Shown here in pieces: positions 1-10,583 of a DNA stretch of 64,000 nucleotides. Position 1 is the stretch's first letter; every line of letters begins with the position of its first letter. Below the pieces are notes generated by a model. It was not told the DNA's origin, did no database searches, and worked only from the letters and a program-made list of their open reading frames with translations. The position numbers and the translations under genes were made by a program. The stretch is from Terriglobia bacterium (GTDB lineage Bacteria; Acidobacteriota; Terriglobia; Acidiferrales; UBA7541): contig CAWFUN010000007.1 in the NCBI GenBank assembly GCA_963819015.1, forward strand, positions 677,741 through 741,740. The letters run 5' to 3'.

Positions 1-1539
1 CGCCCGTCATCTCGCCCGGCGCGGGCACTCCGAGCACGCCCAGCAGCGTGGGCGCGATGTCGCGCAGCGAACCGCCTGCGCGCACCCGCAAATTTCCATC
101 CTCGGTGACGAGCACGAACGGCACGGGATTTGTCGTGTGATACGTGTGCGGACCGCCGGTCACCGGATCGATCATCGTCTCCGCGTTGCCGTGATCCGCC
201 GTGACGATCCACGCTCCACCGCGCGGCCGCAGCGCCTGAAACAGCCGGCCCAGTCCTTCGTCCACGGCCTCGACCGCCTTGATCGTCGGCTCGAGCTTCC
301 CCGAATGCCCCACCATGTCCGCGTTCGCATAATTCATGATGATCGCGTCGAAGTCGCCTTTTTCCACGGCCTTCACCACGGCGTCCGTGATTCCCGCCGC
401 GCTCATCTCCGGCTTCAAATCGTAGGTCGGCACTTTCGGCGAGGGCACCAGCACGCGCTCTTCTCCCGGAAACGGCTTCTCCACGCCGCCGTTGAAGAAA
501 TAAGTGACGTGCGCATATTTCTCCGTCTCCGCGACCCGTAAATTGCGAAACCCCAGCTCGGCGAACACGTTCGCCAGAATGTGTTCGAGCTTCTCCGGGG
601 CGATCACGTATTGCAGCCATGGCCACGTCTTTTCGTATTGCGTCATTCCCACGAAAAACAGATTCTTCGGCCGCTCCGCGTCAACGAAACCGTTGAAGCC
701 CGGTTCCACCAGCGCCTTCGTCATCTGGCGCGCGCGGTCTGCGCGGAAATTGAAGAAGATCACGGCGTCATCATCGCGAATCAATCCCACCGGCGGCGCC
801 GAGGGTTCCGGCCCTGCCGTAATCACCACCGGCACGACGAACTCGTCCGTTGTCCCCTGCTCGTAGCTCTTCCGCAGCGCCGCAATCGGATCGGCGGATT
901 TCGTTTCGGCCTGGCCGTGCGTGATCGCGCGATAGGCCTTCTCGATGCGCTCCCAACGGTTGTCGCGGTCCATCGCGTAATACCGCCCGGAGACGCTTGC
1001 GATCTTGCCCAAGCCGTACTCGCGCAGCTTCTGCTGCAATTGCCGCACGTAGTCCGTGCCGCTCGTCGGCGGCGTGTCGCGCCCGTCCATGAAACAGTGG
1101 ATGAACACGCGCTCGACTTTGTTCTGCTTCGCCATCCGCAGCAGCGCGTAGAGATGATTCAGGTGCGAGTGCACGCCGCCGTCGGAAACCAGGCCCATGA
1201 AATGCAATTGCTTCGCAGCGCCGCGCTTCATCGCGCTGAGCAGCAACTCGTTTTCAAAAATCGCGCCCGACGAAACCAGCAAGTCGATCCGCGTGATGTC
1301 CATGCGCACGATCCGGCCCGCGCCCATGTTCATATGGCCCACTTCGCTGTTGCCCATCTGCCCTTCCGGCAGACCGACAAACGGCCCCGATGTATGAATC
1401 AGCGTGTTCGGGAATTGTTTCAGCAGGCTGTCGTAGTTCGGTTTTCGCGCGAGAGCGATTGCGTTGCCTTTGGTTTCCGGCGAGTAGCCCCAGCCGTCCA
1501 GCACGGTCAGTACGATAGGTTTCGGTCTCTTTGTCATAT
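1..1539 (-). CDS. gpmI: 2,3-bisphosphoglycerate-independent phosphoglycerate mutase; start codon at 1537-1539, C-terminus runs off the window
   Basis: The reverse-strand translation from the ATG at 1539 reads [77 protein letters not shown], the canonical iPGM N-terminus. The frame stays open to position 1. Confidence 0.9.
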
Positions 1540-1611
1540 CGCGTCAGAATACACAAACCTCTCTCCAAAACGAAATCACCCAAAATGTTTTCGCAGTGCC
1601 GGCGCCGCCCG

Positions 1612-2088
1612 CTATGCATTCGCAAGGCGCCGCGCCCACCGGCCGAGGAGCGGGTAAGCGGCCCACTCGCCGTGATAAGACTTGATCCCGTAGTAGATTG
1701 CCAGGAAGAGATTCACAATCCAGCCGGCCAAGAAGACCAGCCAGAACGCGCCGAATCCCACGAAGAAACCCACGGGTGGCACGCTATTCGCCGCGCCATT
1801 GTGCGCTTGATGCGCGATCACGCCGAACATTGTGGCGAACATCGTCATCATCCCCAGCATGATGATCACGAAATACGCGATCTGCCACAGAAGCGCCTGC
1901 AGCGCGTGAAACGCCACGAAGCGCGAGTTCCGCTTGACGAGATAAATCACCAGCGGCGGGATGAATCCCGCAAAAAACTGCAGGACGTGGGCCAGCATCG
2001 CGAACGTCCGCTCGTCTTCGGTCGGCGGAAAATCGGCGGGCTGGGAATTGGCCTGCTGGGGATTGAACTGTCCGGATGTATCGCTCAT
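1612..2088 (-). CDS. DUF4870-family small membrane protein
   Basis: ORF 1612..2139; the internal ATG at 2088 is preceded by GGAGGAAACG (RBS). Hydrophobic core with the FHALQALLWQI motif typical of DUF4870. Confidence 0.6.
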   Translation of the reverse strand: MSDTSGQFNPQQANSQPADFPPTEDERTFAMLAHVLQFFAGFIPPLVIYLVKRNSRFVAFHALQALLWQIAYFVIIMLGMMTMFATMFGVIAHQAHNGAANSVPPVGFFVGFGAFWLVFLAGWIVNLFLAIYYGIKSYHGEWAAYPLLGRWARRLANA

Positions 2089-2192
2089 CGTTTCCTCCGC
2101 GCGTAGCGCAGCCGGTGAATCGCGCAGAGTCCGCAACATCCATTTAAGCGCTTATGGATGGCGCTGAACTTCTGCGCCGTCACGCTGTGAGG

Positions 2193-3605
<1,413 letters not shown>

Positions 3606-3627
3606 CTAGCGGCGACGCGAATCATCG

Positions 3628-4860
3628 CTATTCCGGCTCTTCGAGCATGGACTCCTGGCGGACCACCACCACGATGCCGCCTTCGGAAACGTAATACTTC
3701 TTGCGATCTTCCTCGAGGTCGTAACCGATGCGCGTGCGTTCGGGAATCGTGACGTGACGGTCGATGATCGCGTTGCGGATGTGCGAATGCCGGCCGATGT
3801 TCACGTGGTTGAAGATGATCGAGTTCTCGACCTCGCAATAGCTGTTCACCCGCACGTCGTATCCCACCACGCAGCGCTTCACGCGGCCGCCGGAGACGAT
3901 CGAGCCCGGCGATACGATCGAGTCCACCGCGGCCCCCATGCGTTGTGGATCGGCGAAAACGAATTTCGCCGGCGGATACTGCTGCAGGGTGCTCCGCAGC
4001 GGCCAGCTCTGGTCGTAAAGATTGAAGACGGGCGAGACGGAGACGAGATCCGCGTTCGCTTCGTAATACGCGTCCAGCGTGCCGACGTCGCGCCAGTACT
4101 GCGGCCCCGACTTGTTCTCGTCCACGAAGTTGTAGGCGTACACATGGTACTTCGAGAGAATGCGAGGCAGAATGTCCTTGCCGAAATCGTGCGTGGAGGT
4201 CTGATCTTCGGCGTCGGCGATCAGCGTCGGCACAAGGAACTGCGTATTGAACACGTAGATTCCCATCGAGGCGTTCACCTTGGTGTGGTTGTGCCGCGAA
4301 CGCTTGGGTACGGACGGCTTCTCCTGGAAGCCGGTGACGCGCCAGTGCGCGTCGGTGTCGATGACGCCGAATCGCCCCGCCGCTTCTTCAGGCGTCACTT
4401 CGAGCGTGCCCACTGTCATGTCGGCGCCCGAATCCACGTGCTGCTGCAACATCTTGTGGTAGTTCATCTTGTAGATTTGATCGCCGGAGAGCACGAAGAT
4501 GTAGCTCGAGCGGTCGCCGCCGATGGAGTAGATATTCTGGTAGATCGCGTCCGCCGTGCCGAGATACCAATTGGTCGAGACGCGCATCTGCGGCGGCAAA
4601 ATCTCGATGAAATCGCCGAGGCCCATCAGCGAGGACCATCCCGCGCGAACGTGCCGGTTCAGGCTGAGCGCTTTGTATTGCGTGAGAACGTAAACGCGGC
4701 GCAGGTCGCTGTTGATGCAGTTCGAGAGCGTGATGTCGATGATGCGGTAAATTCCGCCGAAGGGCACGGCGGGCTTCGCGCGGTCGCGCGTCAACGGCCA
4801 GAGCCGCTCGCCCTGGCCTCCCGCGAGGACCACTCCGATCGCGTCCTGCATCAGCGACAT
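3628..4860 (-). CDS. glgC: glucose-1-phosphate adenylyltransferase
   Basis: 410-aa ORF; N-terminus GVVLAGGQGERLWPLTRDRAKPAVPFGG and overall similarity to ADP-glucose pyrophosphorylase. Confidence 0.95.
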   Translation of the reverse strand: MSLMQDAIGVVLAGGQGERLWPLTRDRAKPAVPFGGIYRIIDITLSNCINSDLRRVYVLTQYKALSLNRHVRAGWSSLMGLGDFIEILPPQMRVSTNWYLGTADAIYQNIYSIGGDRSSYIFVLSGDQIYKMNYHKMLQQHVDSGADMTVGTLEVTPEEAAGRFGVIDTDAHWRVTGFQEKPSVPKRSRHNHTKVNASMGIYVFNTQFLVPTLIADAEDQTSTHDFGKDILPRILSKYHVYAYNFVDENKSGPQYWRDVGTLDAYYEANADLVSVSPVFNLYDQSWPLRSTLQQYPPAKFVFADPQRMGAAVDSIVSPGSIVSGGRVKRCVVGYDVRVNSYCEVENSIIFNHVNIGRHSHIRNAIIDRHVTIPERTRIGYDLEEDRKKYYVSEGGIVVVVRQESMLEEPE

Positions 4861-5337
4861 CGAAGCCCTCCCGCTCAGTTCCTGGTTGTGCTCGAACCTG
4901 TGCTTGTGCTCGCGCTTCTTATTGGATTGGTGCTTGCGCGTGCGCCTGCGCGTCGGCCCAAATCGCGAATGGCCATTTTAGTGCCGATGCCCCCTCTTTG
5001 CGAGCGCCTTTCCGCGTAGAGCCCACATGCAGGACCGGCGTGTGGGGCACCCGGGGAAAAATCGCGGACGTGCGGAGACAACCTCCGCCCGTACCGCAGA
5101 GAAACCTCTAATTCCTGCGAAGGTGTTGGTTTTTCACTTGTAGGGGCGGAGCTTGTCTCCGCCCGCTTTCAATCGTGCCGAGACCCTGCATTGGGGGAAG
5201 AATTAGAAGACGGGGCAGAAGAGGACAAACAAGAGTGCCTGTCCTAGTGGGAAAAACCCCCACACCCAAAACCGACGTGTGGGGCGCCCTCATCTCGGTA
5301 CGTTGCGGTGTATTGCAACAGTGGTATCCTCAACGCA

Positions 5338-5871
5338 ATGAACGTAGCCAACAGGAAAGAGAAAATCGGTGCGCGGGCCGCCTTCTCTTACCGTCACCTC
5401 GCGGTTGTATTCTGCGTCAGTTTGGCTTGTCTTTTGGCAGCTTGCAGAAGCGACCGGACTGAATCTTTCTACCCCTCTCTCGCCGACGCGGACAAAGCCG
5501 GGGCCACCACCCACGGTTGGATACCAGACGACTTGCTCCCTGGCAGCTCCCGCGACATTCATGAGGTTCACGAGATTTCGCCGTCGACGGAATGGTGTGC
5601 TTTCGAGTTTCTTCCCACTGACTCCCAAGTCTTAAGAAAGAACCTCAGGCGTGCAGATGCACTTCTGCCCCCGGTAGCGCATGTACCAAATCCTGGCGTG
5701 CCGTGGTGGCCAGCTGTGCTCACCGGCACGCTTGATGTGGGAAAGATCCAAGAGGCCGGTTTCGATCTAAGTACAGTCGAACGGCCTGAAACCTCAGTCA
5801 CGAGCGAAATGATGCTCTTTGCGATTGACTGGTCAAAGGGTCATGGATTCTTCTACCTCGCGCCAAAGTAA
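5338..5871 (+). CDS. hypothetical lipoprotein
   Basis: ORF 5308..5871; the start at ATG 5338 gives MNVANRKEKIG...VVFCVSLACLLAAC, a signal peptide with a lipobox. No recognisable domain. Confidence 0.45.
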   Translation: MNVANRKEKIGARAAFSYRHLAVVFCVSLACLLAACRSDRTESFYPSLADADKAGATTHGWIPDDLLPGSSRDIHEVHEISPSTEWCAFEFLPTDSQVLRKNLRRADALLPPVAHVPNPGVPWWPAVLTGTLDVGKIQEAGFDLSTVERPETSVTSEMMLFAIDWSKGHGFFYLAPK

Positions 5872-5931
5872 GTCGCGTGACCCGCATAAAACGTGCCTCT
5901 GCCGAGAACGGGGCGCTCAAAAAAACATTGC

Positions 5932-5960
5932 TTGACTCAGCGGCCCGCCTTCGTTAGAAA
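5932..5960 (+). promoter_or_regulatory. candidate sigma70 promoter for rpsU
   Basis: TTGACT (5932-5937), a 17-nt spacer, then TAGAAA (5955-5960), preceded by an A7 tract; about 95 nt upstream of the rpsU GTG. Confidence 0.35.
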
Positions 5961-6054
5961 GACAGTCAACATCAGGCCTTATATTCGCACTCTCTTATTC
6001 GCCGACGATTTAGAGGGATTTTGCGGCCTTTTGGGGAAGGATGGTGATTTTCTA

Positions 6055-6252
6055 GTGGCCGAAGTCAGTATTCAGGAAGGCGAATCCTTGGAGAATGCCC
6101 TGCGCCGCTTCAAGCGCCGCGTGCAGCAGGAAGACATCATCAAGGAGATCAAGAAGCACAGCTACTACATGAAGCCCGGTGAGAAGCGCCGGGCCAAGCA
6201 GGCATTATCGCGCAAGCGATTGCGCAAGAAGCAGCGTCGCGAACAGGATTAA
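6055..6252 (+). CDS. rpsU: 30S ribosomal protein S21
   Basis: GTG start inside ORF 5893..6252 gives VAEVSIQEGESLENALRRFKRRVQQEDIIKEIKKHSYYMKPGEKRRAKQALSRKRLRKKQRREQD (65 aa), typical of bS21. A GGAAGGA run lies upstream. Confidence 0.9.
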   Translation: MAEVSIQEGESLENALRRFKRRVQQEDIIKEIKKHSYYMKPGEKRRAKQALSRKRLRKKQRREQD

Positions 6253-6397
6253 TACGGCCTAGTTCCTTAGGGCAGACCAATGCAGCTCCTACCTCTCGGC
6301 CATGGGGACCCGCAGGCAAACCCGGCGAATCCCAGCCACGTCGGGCCAGGAAGCGGAAGCTGCGGGCTCCTTTTGTTCCGGGGCCTCGGAGCAACGC

Positions 6398-6697
6398 ATG
6401 GAATATCACGATAGGGTACTGAAGTGCGCTGAGTGTAATGCCGAGTTCGTTTTCACCGCCGGCGAGCAGATGTTCTTCGCCGACAAGGGCTTCAAGAACG
6501 AGCCCAAGCGGTGCAAAGCTTGCAAGGCCAAGCGCGCCGAGTCCGCGGGCCAGGGTAACCACCAGAGATCGGAAACCAAGACGACCTGTTCGCAGTGCGG
6601 GAAGGAAACCACGGTTCCCTTCCGGCCGACGCAAGGGCGTCCGGTGTACTGCCGCGAATGTTTCCAGCAGCGGCGATCTCTGGGCGCTCAGGCCTGA
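6398..6697 (+). CDS. double CxxC zinc-ribbon domain protein
   Basis: Internal ATG of ORF 6302..6697, preceded by GGAG. MEYHDRVLKCAECNAEF...CKACKAK...CSQCGKETTVPFRPTQGRPVYCREC gives two CxxC...CxxC pairs, the second being CxxC-x17-CxxC. Confidence 0.6.
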   Translation: MEYHDRVLKCAECNAEFVFTAGEQMFFADKGFKNEPKRCKACKAKRAESAGQGNHQRSETKTTCSQCGKETTVPFRPTQGRPVYCRECFQQRRSLGAQA

Positions 6698-7062
6698 TCG
6701 TCCGATCCTGCGCCCGGAATTATTTGCGGGCTCGCGTGGGGCGGGTCCGCAAGTTCCTCTCACCAAACCCATCGTCCCCGGGAATCGCCGAAGTGTGTTT
6801 CTGGAGTTCGATTCCTTCGATTTGCGATAATCGTTCGCGCCGTTTCCCCGGAGGCGCGCGGAGCGACGCACCGGATCGCTCGTGAAAATCCTGCAAAACC
6901 GCACGCAGTAATCCGCTGGAATCCGCGAAAAGAATTTAACCGGGGTTCTGAAGTCGAATCCCCCGCGTTCTCAACCATGCAACTCAGTCATTCCGACCGG
7001 AGGGACGGCGCTCTTTGCCGTCCCGGAGCGGAGGAATCTCGCTTCAACTTCGAGATTCAGTT

Positions 7063-7896
7063 TCAGCGCCGCAGCGTCGCCTCGATGAGGGCGTACGGCT
7101 CTTCGGTGGGCAGGAAAATTTCGTTGTCGTTGCGCAAGCCGAACGGGTCGAGATTCACAAGGATATGTTGTTTGTTCGGAAGAGAGAAATGGATTTCAGC
7201 AACGTCGTCGTAGGCGGCGAGAACAGCTTCACCCATGGCGTCGAGCGTGTGCTGCGCGGAGCGGCTGTCATGTTCGGCGAAGGTTTCCAGAATGACGCGG
7301 CGAACGCCCTGCGCGAGCGTGCCGTAGGAGAGCCCCGGGCGGCTGTAGAGCCAGTCCGATTGGATGGCCGTGGCGAAAATGCGGTCGCTCGTTTCCTGGA
7401 GAGTCGTGAAGAGATCGTTGCGGAACCCCTCGAAGCCGGAATGGCTGCTCTTGAGAACGACGAGTCCCTCGACGCCGGCGCGAATCACAATGGATTCGCG
7501 CGTTCCGGCCACCGTCGCGGTGCGGCTTTCGCTTCCGCCGCGCAGAAACGCCGAGCCGTGCGGCTTGCCGCCGACGGGAATGCGGCTCCACGGATGTTCC
7601 GAGAGTTCGACGCGAACGCCGGAAACGGCGGGATTGATGCGCAGAAAATGCGAAGCCAGGCGCGCGCCGAATTCCTCGATCTCACCCGTGCCGCCGCGGG
7701 CCAGCGCGTAGACCGTGTTCTTCATCGTGTCGGTCGGGGTGATCTGACTGTTATCACCGTCGCGGTAGGCGGATTCAAACGCGCCTTCGAGGCGAATGCG
7801 AATCGTGAGATCTTTGATTTCGTGGGTGTCGCCGCGGCGTTCGAGCCGCAGCATGCGGACGCGCGCTTTGCCGTAGCCGTTCCAAACGAGCGCCAT
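7063..7896 (-). CDS. urate oxidase (cofactor-independent uricase)
   Basis: 277 aa; N-terminal YGKARVRMLRLERRG and the VVLKSSHSGFEGF motif characteristic of uricase T-fold proteins. Lies in a purine-catabolism context. Confidence 0.85.
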   Translation of the reverse strand: MALVWNGYGKARVRMLRLERRGDTHEIKDLTIRIRLEGAFESAYRDGDNSQITPTDTMKNTVYALARGGTGEIEEFGARLASHFLRINPAVSGVRVELSEHPWSRIPVGGKPHGSAFLRGGSESRTATVAGTRESIVIRAGVEGLVVLKSSHSGFEGFRNDLFTTLQETSDRIFATAIQSDWLYSRPGLSYGTLAQGVRRVILETFAEHDSRSAQHTLDAMGEAVLAAYDDVAEIHFSLPNKQHILVNLDPFGLRNDNEIFLPTEEPYALIEATLRR

Positions 7897-7905
7897 TGAG
7901 GATCC

Positions 7906-8247
7906 TCAACTTCCGCGATAGGTCGTATAGCCGAACGGGCTGAGCAACAGCGCAATGTGGTGGTGCTCGGACGGATTCTGGACCTCAAAGACGATGGAGA
8001 CCTCGGGATAGAAACACGCGACGCCTTGCGTACGAAAGTACGTACCGGTTCCAAAAGAGAGCCGGAACGTTCCAGGCGCGATTGTCGCGCTCGGAGGCAA
8101 GAGATCGGGGGTGCGGCCGTCGGCGCCGGTCTCCGCGCTATTCACGCGCTGCCAGCCGCCACCCTGTCGGCGCTCCAAAGTGACCGAGAGACTCGCGGCA
8201 GGCACGCCGCGCGAGGTATCGAGAACATGCGTCGTGATTCCGCTCAT
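7906..8247 (-). CDS. uraH: 5-hydroxyisourate hydrolase (transthyretin-like)
   Basis: Start MSGITTHVLDTSRGVPA with GGAGG 4 nt upstream, and the C-terminal YRGS signature of HIUases. The ATG overlaps the TGA of the upstream remnant (ATGA). Confidence 0.85.
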   Translation of the reverse strand: MSGITTHVLDTSRGVPAASLSVTLERRQGGGWQRVNSAETGADGRTPDLLPPSATIAPGTFRLSFGTGTYFRTQGVACFYPEVSIVFEVQNPSEHHHIALLLSPFGYTTYRGS

Positions 8248-8438
8248 TTCGCCTCCGACAGCAACCTTTCCAAACGGCACCGAGTGATGCGGCGCTGCTG
8301 TTCCGCCGCCTCCTGAATCTCCCGCTCGGGATCATTCTGGATGCGCTGCTCGAGAATCGCAAGCATCTCCTCGCTGGATTTTACGGTCGCGTCCGCCCAG
8401 GCGTTCCGAAGCCAGCGCCGGATATTCGGTGAGTTCCA
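8244..8438 (-). pseudogene. uraD: 3' remnant (64 codons) of OHCU decarboxylase, in frame directly after the allantoinase TGA
   Basis: Translation ...ATVKSSEEMLAILEQRIQNDPEREIQEAAEQQRRITRCRLERLLSEAK* matches the conserved C-terminus of OHCU decarboxylases (..ML.LL..RL.N.PE.E...A..E..KI..LRL..L). There is no start codon and no N-terminal domain. Its stop overlaps the uraH start (ATGA). Confidence 0.45.
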
Positions 8439-9800
8439 TCAGTCTGCGTTCCGTTCGAGCAACGATCCGCGCGGGTCTCCGGCAATGCGGCCGCGCTCGA
8501 AGATGAGCTTTCCTTTCAGGAAGGCTGCTTGCACCACGCCGGCGAGCGGCTTTCCATCATAAGGCGTCAGTTTGTTCTTCTGGTGCAGGCCGGACTGCTT
8601 CACGTGAAACACTTGGCTTGGATCCCAGATGACAAGATCCGCATCCGCGCCGGTTTCAAGCGTCCCCTTGCGGCCCGCGAGGCCCGCCATCCGAGCAGGC
8701 GCCTCCGCGAGCCAGCGAGCAACGGCTTCCACGCCGAACCCGCGCGTTCGCGCAGCCGTCCAAACCGCGGGCAATCGCAATTCAAGCGAAGCGATGCCGC
8801 CCCGGGCTTTGAAGAAATCGCCGTCCGCGCCGGTCTTGAGCTGCGCGGGACACGGACAATGATCGGAGACGATGAAATCAATCACGCCTTTGTGAAGCGC
8901 CCGCCAGAGCACATCGCGATTGGCGGAATCGCGAATGGGCGGGGCGCATTTGAATTGGACCGCGCCCGCGGGCACGCCGCCGCTGCGGAAATAAAGATAG
9001 TGCGGGCACGTTTCGACGCTGATGCGCACACCTTCCCGACGCGCGCGGCGAAGAATCGGCAGCGCCAGCGCGGCGGAGAGGTGCACGATGTGGATGGGCG
9101 CGCGAAATTCCCGGCCGAGCCCCACGAGCAAAGCGATGGCGTCGCGTTCGGCCTGCGGCGGCCGGGAACGCAGCCAGGTGCGATACCGGCGCGGATCCTC
9201 GCCGTGCAAGCGCCGCATGGCGGCGCCGATTGGCCGGGGCGCCTCGGCGTGCGCAAGCAGCGAAACGCCGAGCGAAGCGAGAATTGGCAACGCTTCGCGC
9301 AAATCGCTCTCGGAAACGTGCCCAAATTCCGGAACGCCGGACGGAACGAGAAAACATTTGAAGCCGAAGATGCCGGCATCGCGCAGCGGGCGCAGATCGT
9401 TTGCATTCCCCGGCACGACGCCGCCCCAGAAGCCGACGTCCACCCAGCACTGTCCGCGCGCGGCGCGCCGCTTGGCTTCGAGTGCGGCCACGGTCGTTGT
9501 CGCGGGAATGCTGTAGAGCGGCATATCGATCAGCGTGGTCGTGCCGCCGGCAGCGGCCGCGCGCGTGGCGGACTGGAAACCTTCCCAATCGGTGCGGCCG
9601 GGCTCGTTGATGTGGACGTGCGTATCCACGAGGCCGGCCATGACGACCGCGCGGCCGGCATCGTGTAACGGGCAGCCCGGGGGAATCGACTCCCAATTCT
9701 CGACGGCGGCGATTTTTCCGCCACGGATGTGGATACTCGCGCGGCGGACGCCGCTTGGCGTGACGACTCGCTCGCTGCGTACCACCAATTCGGCGCTCAT
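8439..9800 (-). CDS. allB: allantoinase (cyclic amidohydrolase superfamily)
   Basis: 453 aa; DTHVHINEPGRTDWEGF metal-binding motif, GGTTT, and length equal to AllB. Adjacent to uricase and HIUase. Confidence 0.8.
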   Translation of the reverse strand: MSAELVVRSERVVTPSGVRRASIHIRGGKIAAVENWESIPPGCPLHDAGRAVVMAGLVDTHVHINEPGRTDWEGFQSATRAAAAGGTTTLIDMPLYSIPATTTVAALEAKRRAARGQCWVDVGFWGGVVPGNANDLRPLRDAGIFGFKCFLVPSGVPEFGHVSESDLREALPILASLGVSLLAHAEAPRPIGAAMRRLHGEDPRRYRTWLRSRPPQAERDAIALLVGLGREFRAPIHIVHLSAALALPILRRARREGVRISVETCPHYLYFRSGGVPAGAVQFKCAPPIRDSANRDVLWRALHKGVIDFIVSDHCPCPAQLKTGADGDFFKARGGIASLELRLPAVWTAARTRGFGVEAVARWLAEAPARMAGLAGRKGTLETGADADLVIWDPSQVFHVKQSGLHQKNKLTPYDGKPLAGVVQAAFLKGKLIFERGRIAGDPRGSLLERNAD

Positions 9801-9953
9801 GAGGCGAGAGACTGCAGAGATTCTTCGCGGATGCTCTGCGCAACGCGCAGGCGGTAGCGCGCGCGGCCCGTCACATTGTCGCGGCCTTCTTTCCGCCGCA
9901 CCGAGTGACCCAGCAATTTGTGTTCGGCGGAGGCCATGACGCTCGCGGGCTGC

Positions 9954-10421
9954 TCAATACTTGACGCGGCCGGGAGATTCTAGCCACGCGCGAAACGCCG
10001 CCTGCGCTTCATCGCGCATCATCGGCTCCATTTCTATCTTCCGCTCGGCGGGGAGTGCGCGCAACTCATCGTAGATGAAAGTATCGTCGAAGCCGGCGGC
10101 GGCCGCATCCTCGGCGGTGCAGGCGTAGTAGACGTGGTCCGGCCGGGCCCAGTAAATCGCGCCGAAACACATGGGACACGGGTAGCAGCTCGTATAGATT
10201 TCGCAGCCATCGAGATGAAACGCGCCGAGAGCGCGGCAGGCTTCGCGGATGGCGATGATCTCGGCGTGGGCCGTGGGATCGTTGGACGAAGTCACGCGAT
10301 TCGTGCCTTCGGCGATGATTCGGCCGTCTTTCACGACGACGGCTCCGAACGGCCCGCCGCGGCCGGAACGCGCGCTCTCGATCGCCAATTCAATGGCGCG
10401 CTGCATGAAGGGGCTGGTCAT
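9954..10421 (-). CDS. guaD: guanine deaminase (CDA-fold, GuaD type)
   Basis: 155 aa; near-collinear with B. subtilis GuaD (GGPFGAVVVKDG.IIAEG.N.VTSSNDPTAHAEI.AIR.AC..LGA..LD.C.IYTSC.PCPMC.GAIYWARP...YYA....DAA.AGFDD.FIY.E). Confidence 0.75.
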   Translation of the reverse strand: MTSPFMQRAIELAIESARSGRGGPFGAVVVKDGRIIAEGTNRVTSSNDPTAHAEIIAIREACRALGAFHLDGCEIYTSCYPCPMCFGAIYWARPDHVYYACTAEDAAAAGFDDTFIYDELRALPAERKIEMEPMMRDEAQAAFRAWLESPGRVKY

Positions 10422-10478
10422 GGTGTCGCCAGATTGCGCATGCAGAATTCTAACAGTTTACGCAAAAAACGGGGTTAG

Positions 10479-10583
10479 GGTGTCATTCCGAACCCGCTTG
10501 CAGCGGGTGAGGAATCTCTCTTCGTTCAAATCCCAAGAAAAGAGAGATTCCTCGGCACGGAGCGTGCTTCGGAATGACAACAG
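10479..10583. repeat. ~105-nt cloverleaf-like palindromic element; candidate structured sRNA, REP/MITE or complex terminator
   Basis: Outer inverted repeat gtcattccgaa/ttcggaatgac, a 14-bp inner inverted repeat gaggaatctctctt/aagagagattcctc, and two small internal hairpins (cccgcTTGCAgcggg; gcacgGAGcgtgc). A TTTGATTTTTTC tract follows on the plus strand. Confidence 0.4.

Noticed and set aside
581-1657. 358-aa plus-strand ORF, plus 137..541 and 504..866
   Set aside because: Antisense to a strongly supported gpmI. Arg/His-rich translation typical of GC-rich antisense frames.
3754-5019. 421-aa plus-strand ORF
   Set aside because: Antisense to glgC; no domain; Arg/His-rich composition.
6925-6965. 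tRNA-like 3' fragment (ggggttctgaagtcgaatcccc...CCA)
   Set aside because: The T-loop is 14 nt rather than 7, and there are no D or anticodon arms. Not a tRNA or tmRNA.
8439-8441. Programmed TGA readthrough or selenocysteine joining allantoinase to the downstream uraD-like frame
   Set aside because: No SECIS-like hairpin directly downstream. The downstream segment lacks two-thirds of an OHCU decarboxylase, so a fusion product would not be functional. Treated as a deletion remnant.
8529-9843. 379-aa plus-strand and 321-aa minus-strand ORFs overlapping allantoinase
   Set aside because: Alternative frames of allB. The Arg-rich low-complexity translations have no support.
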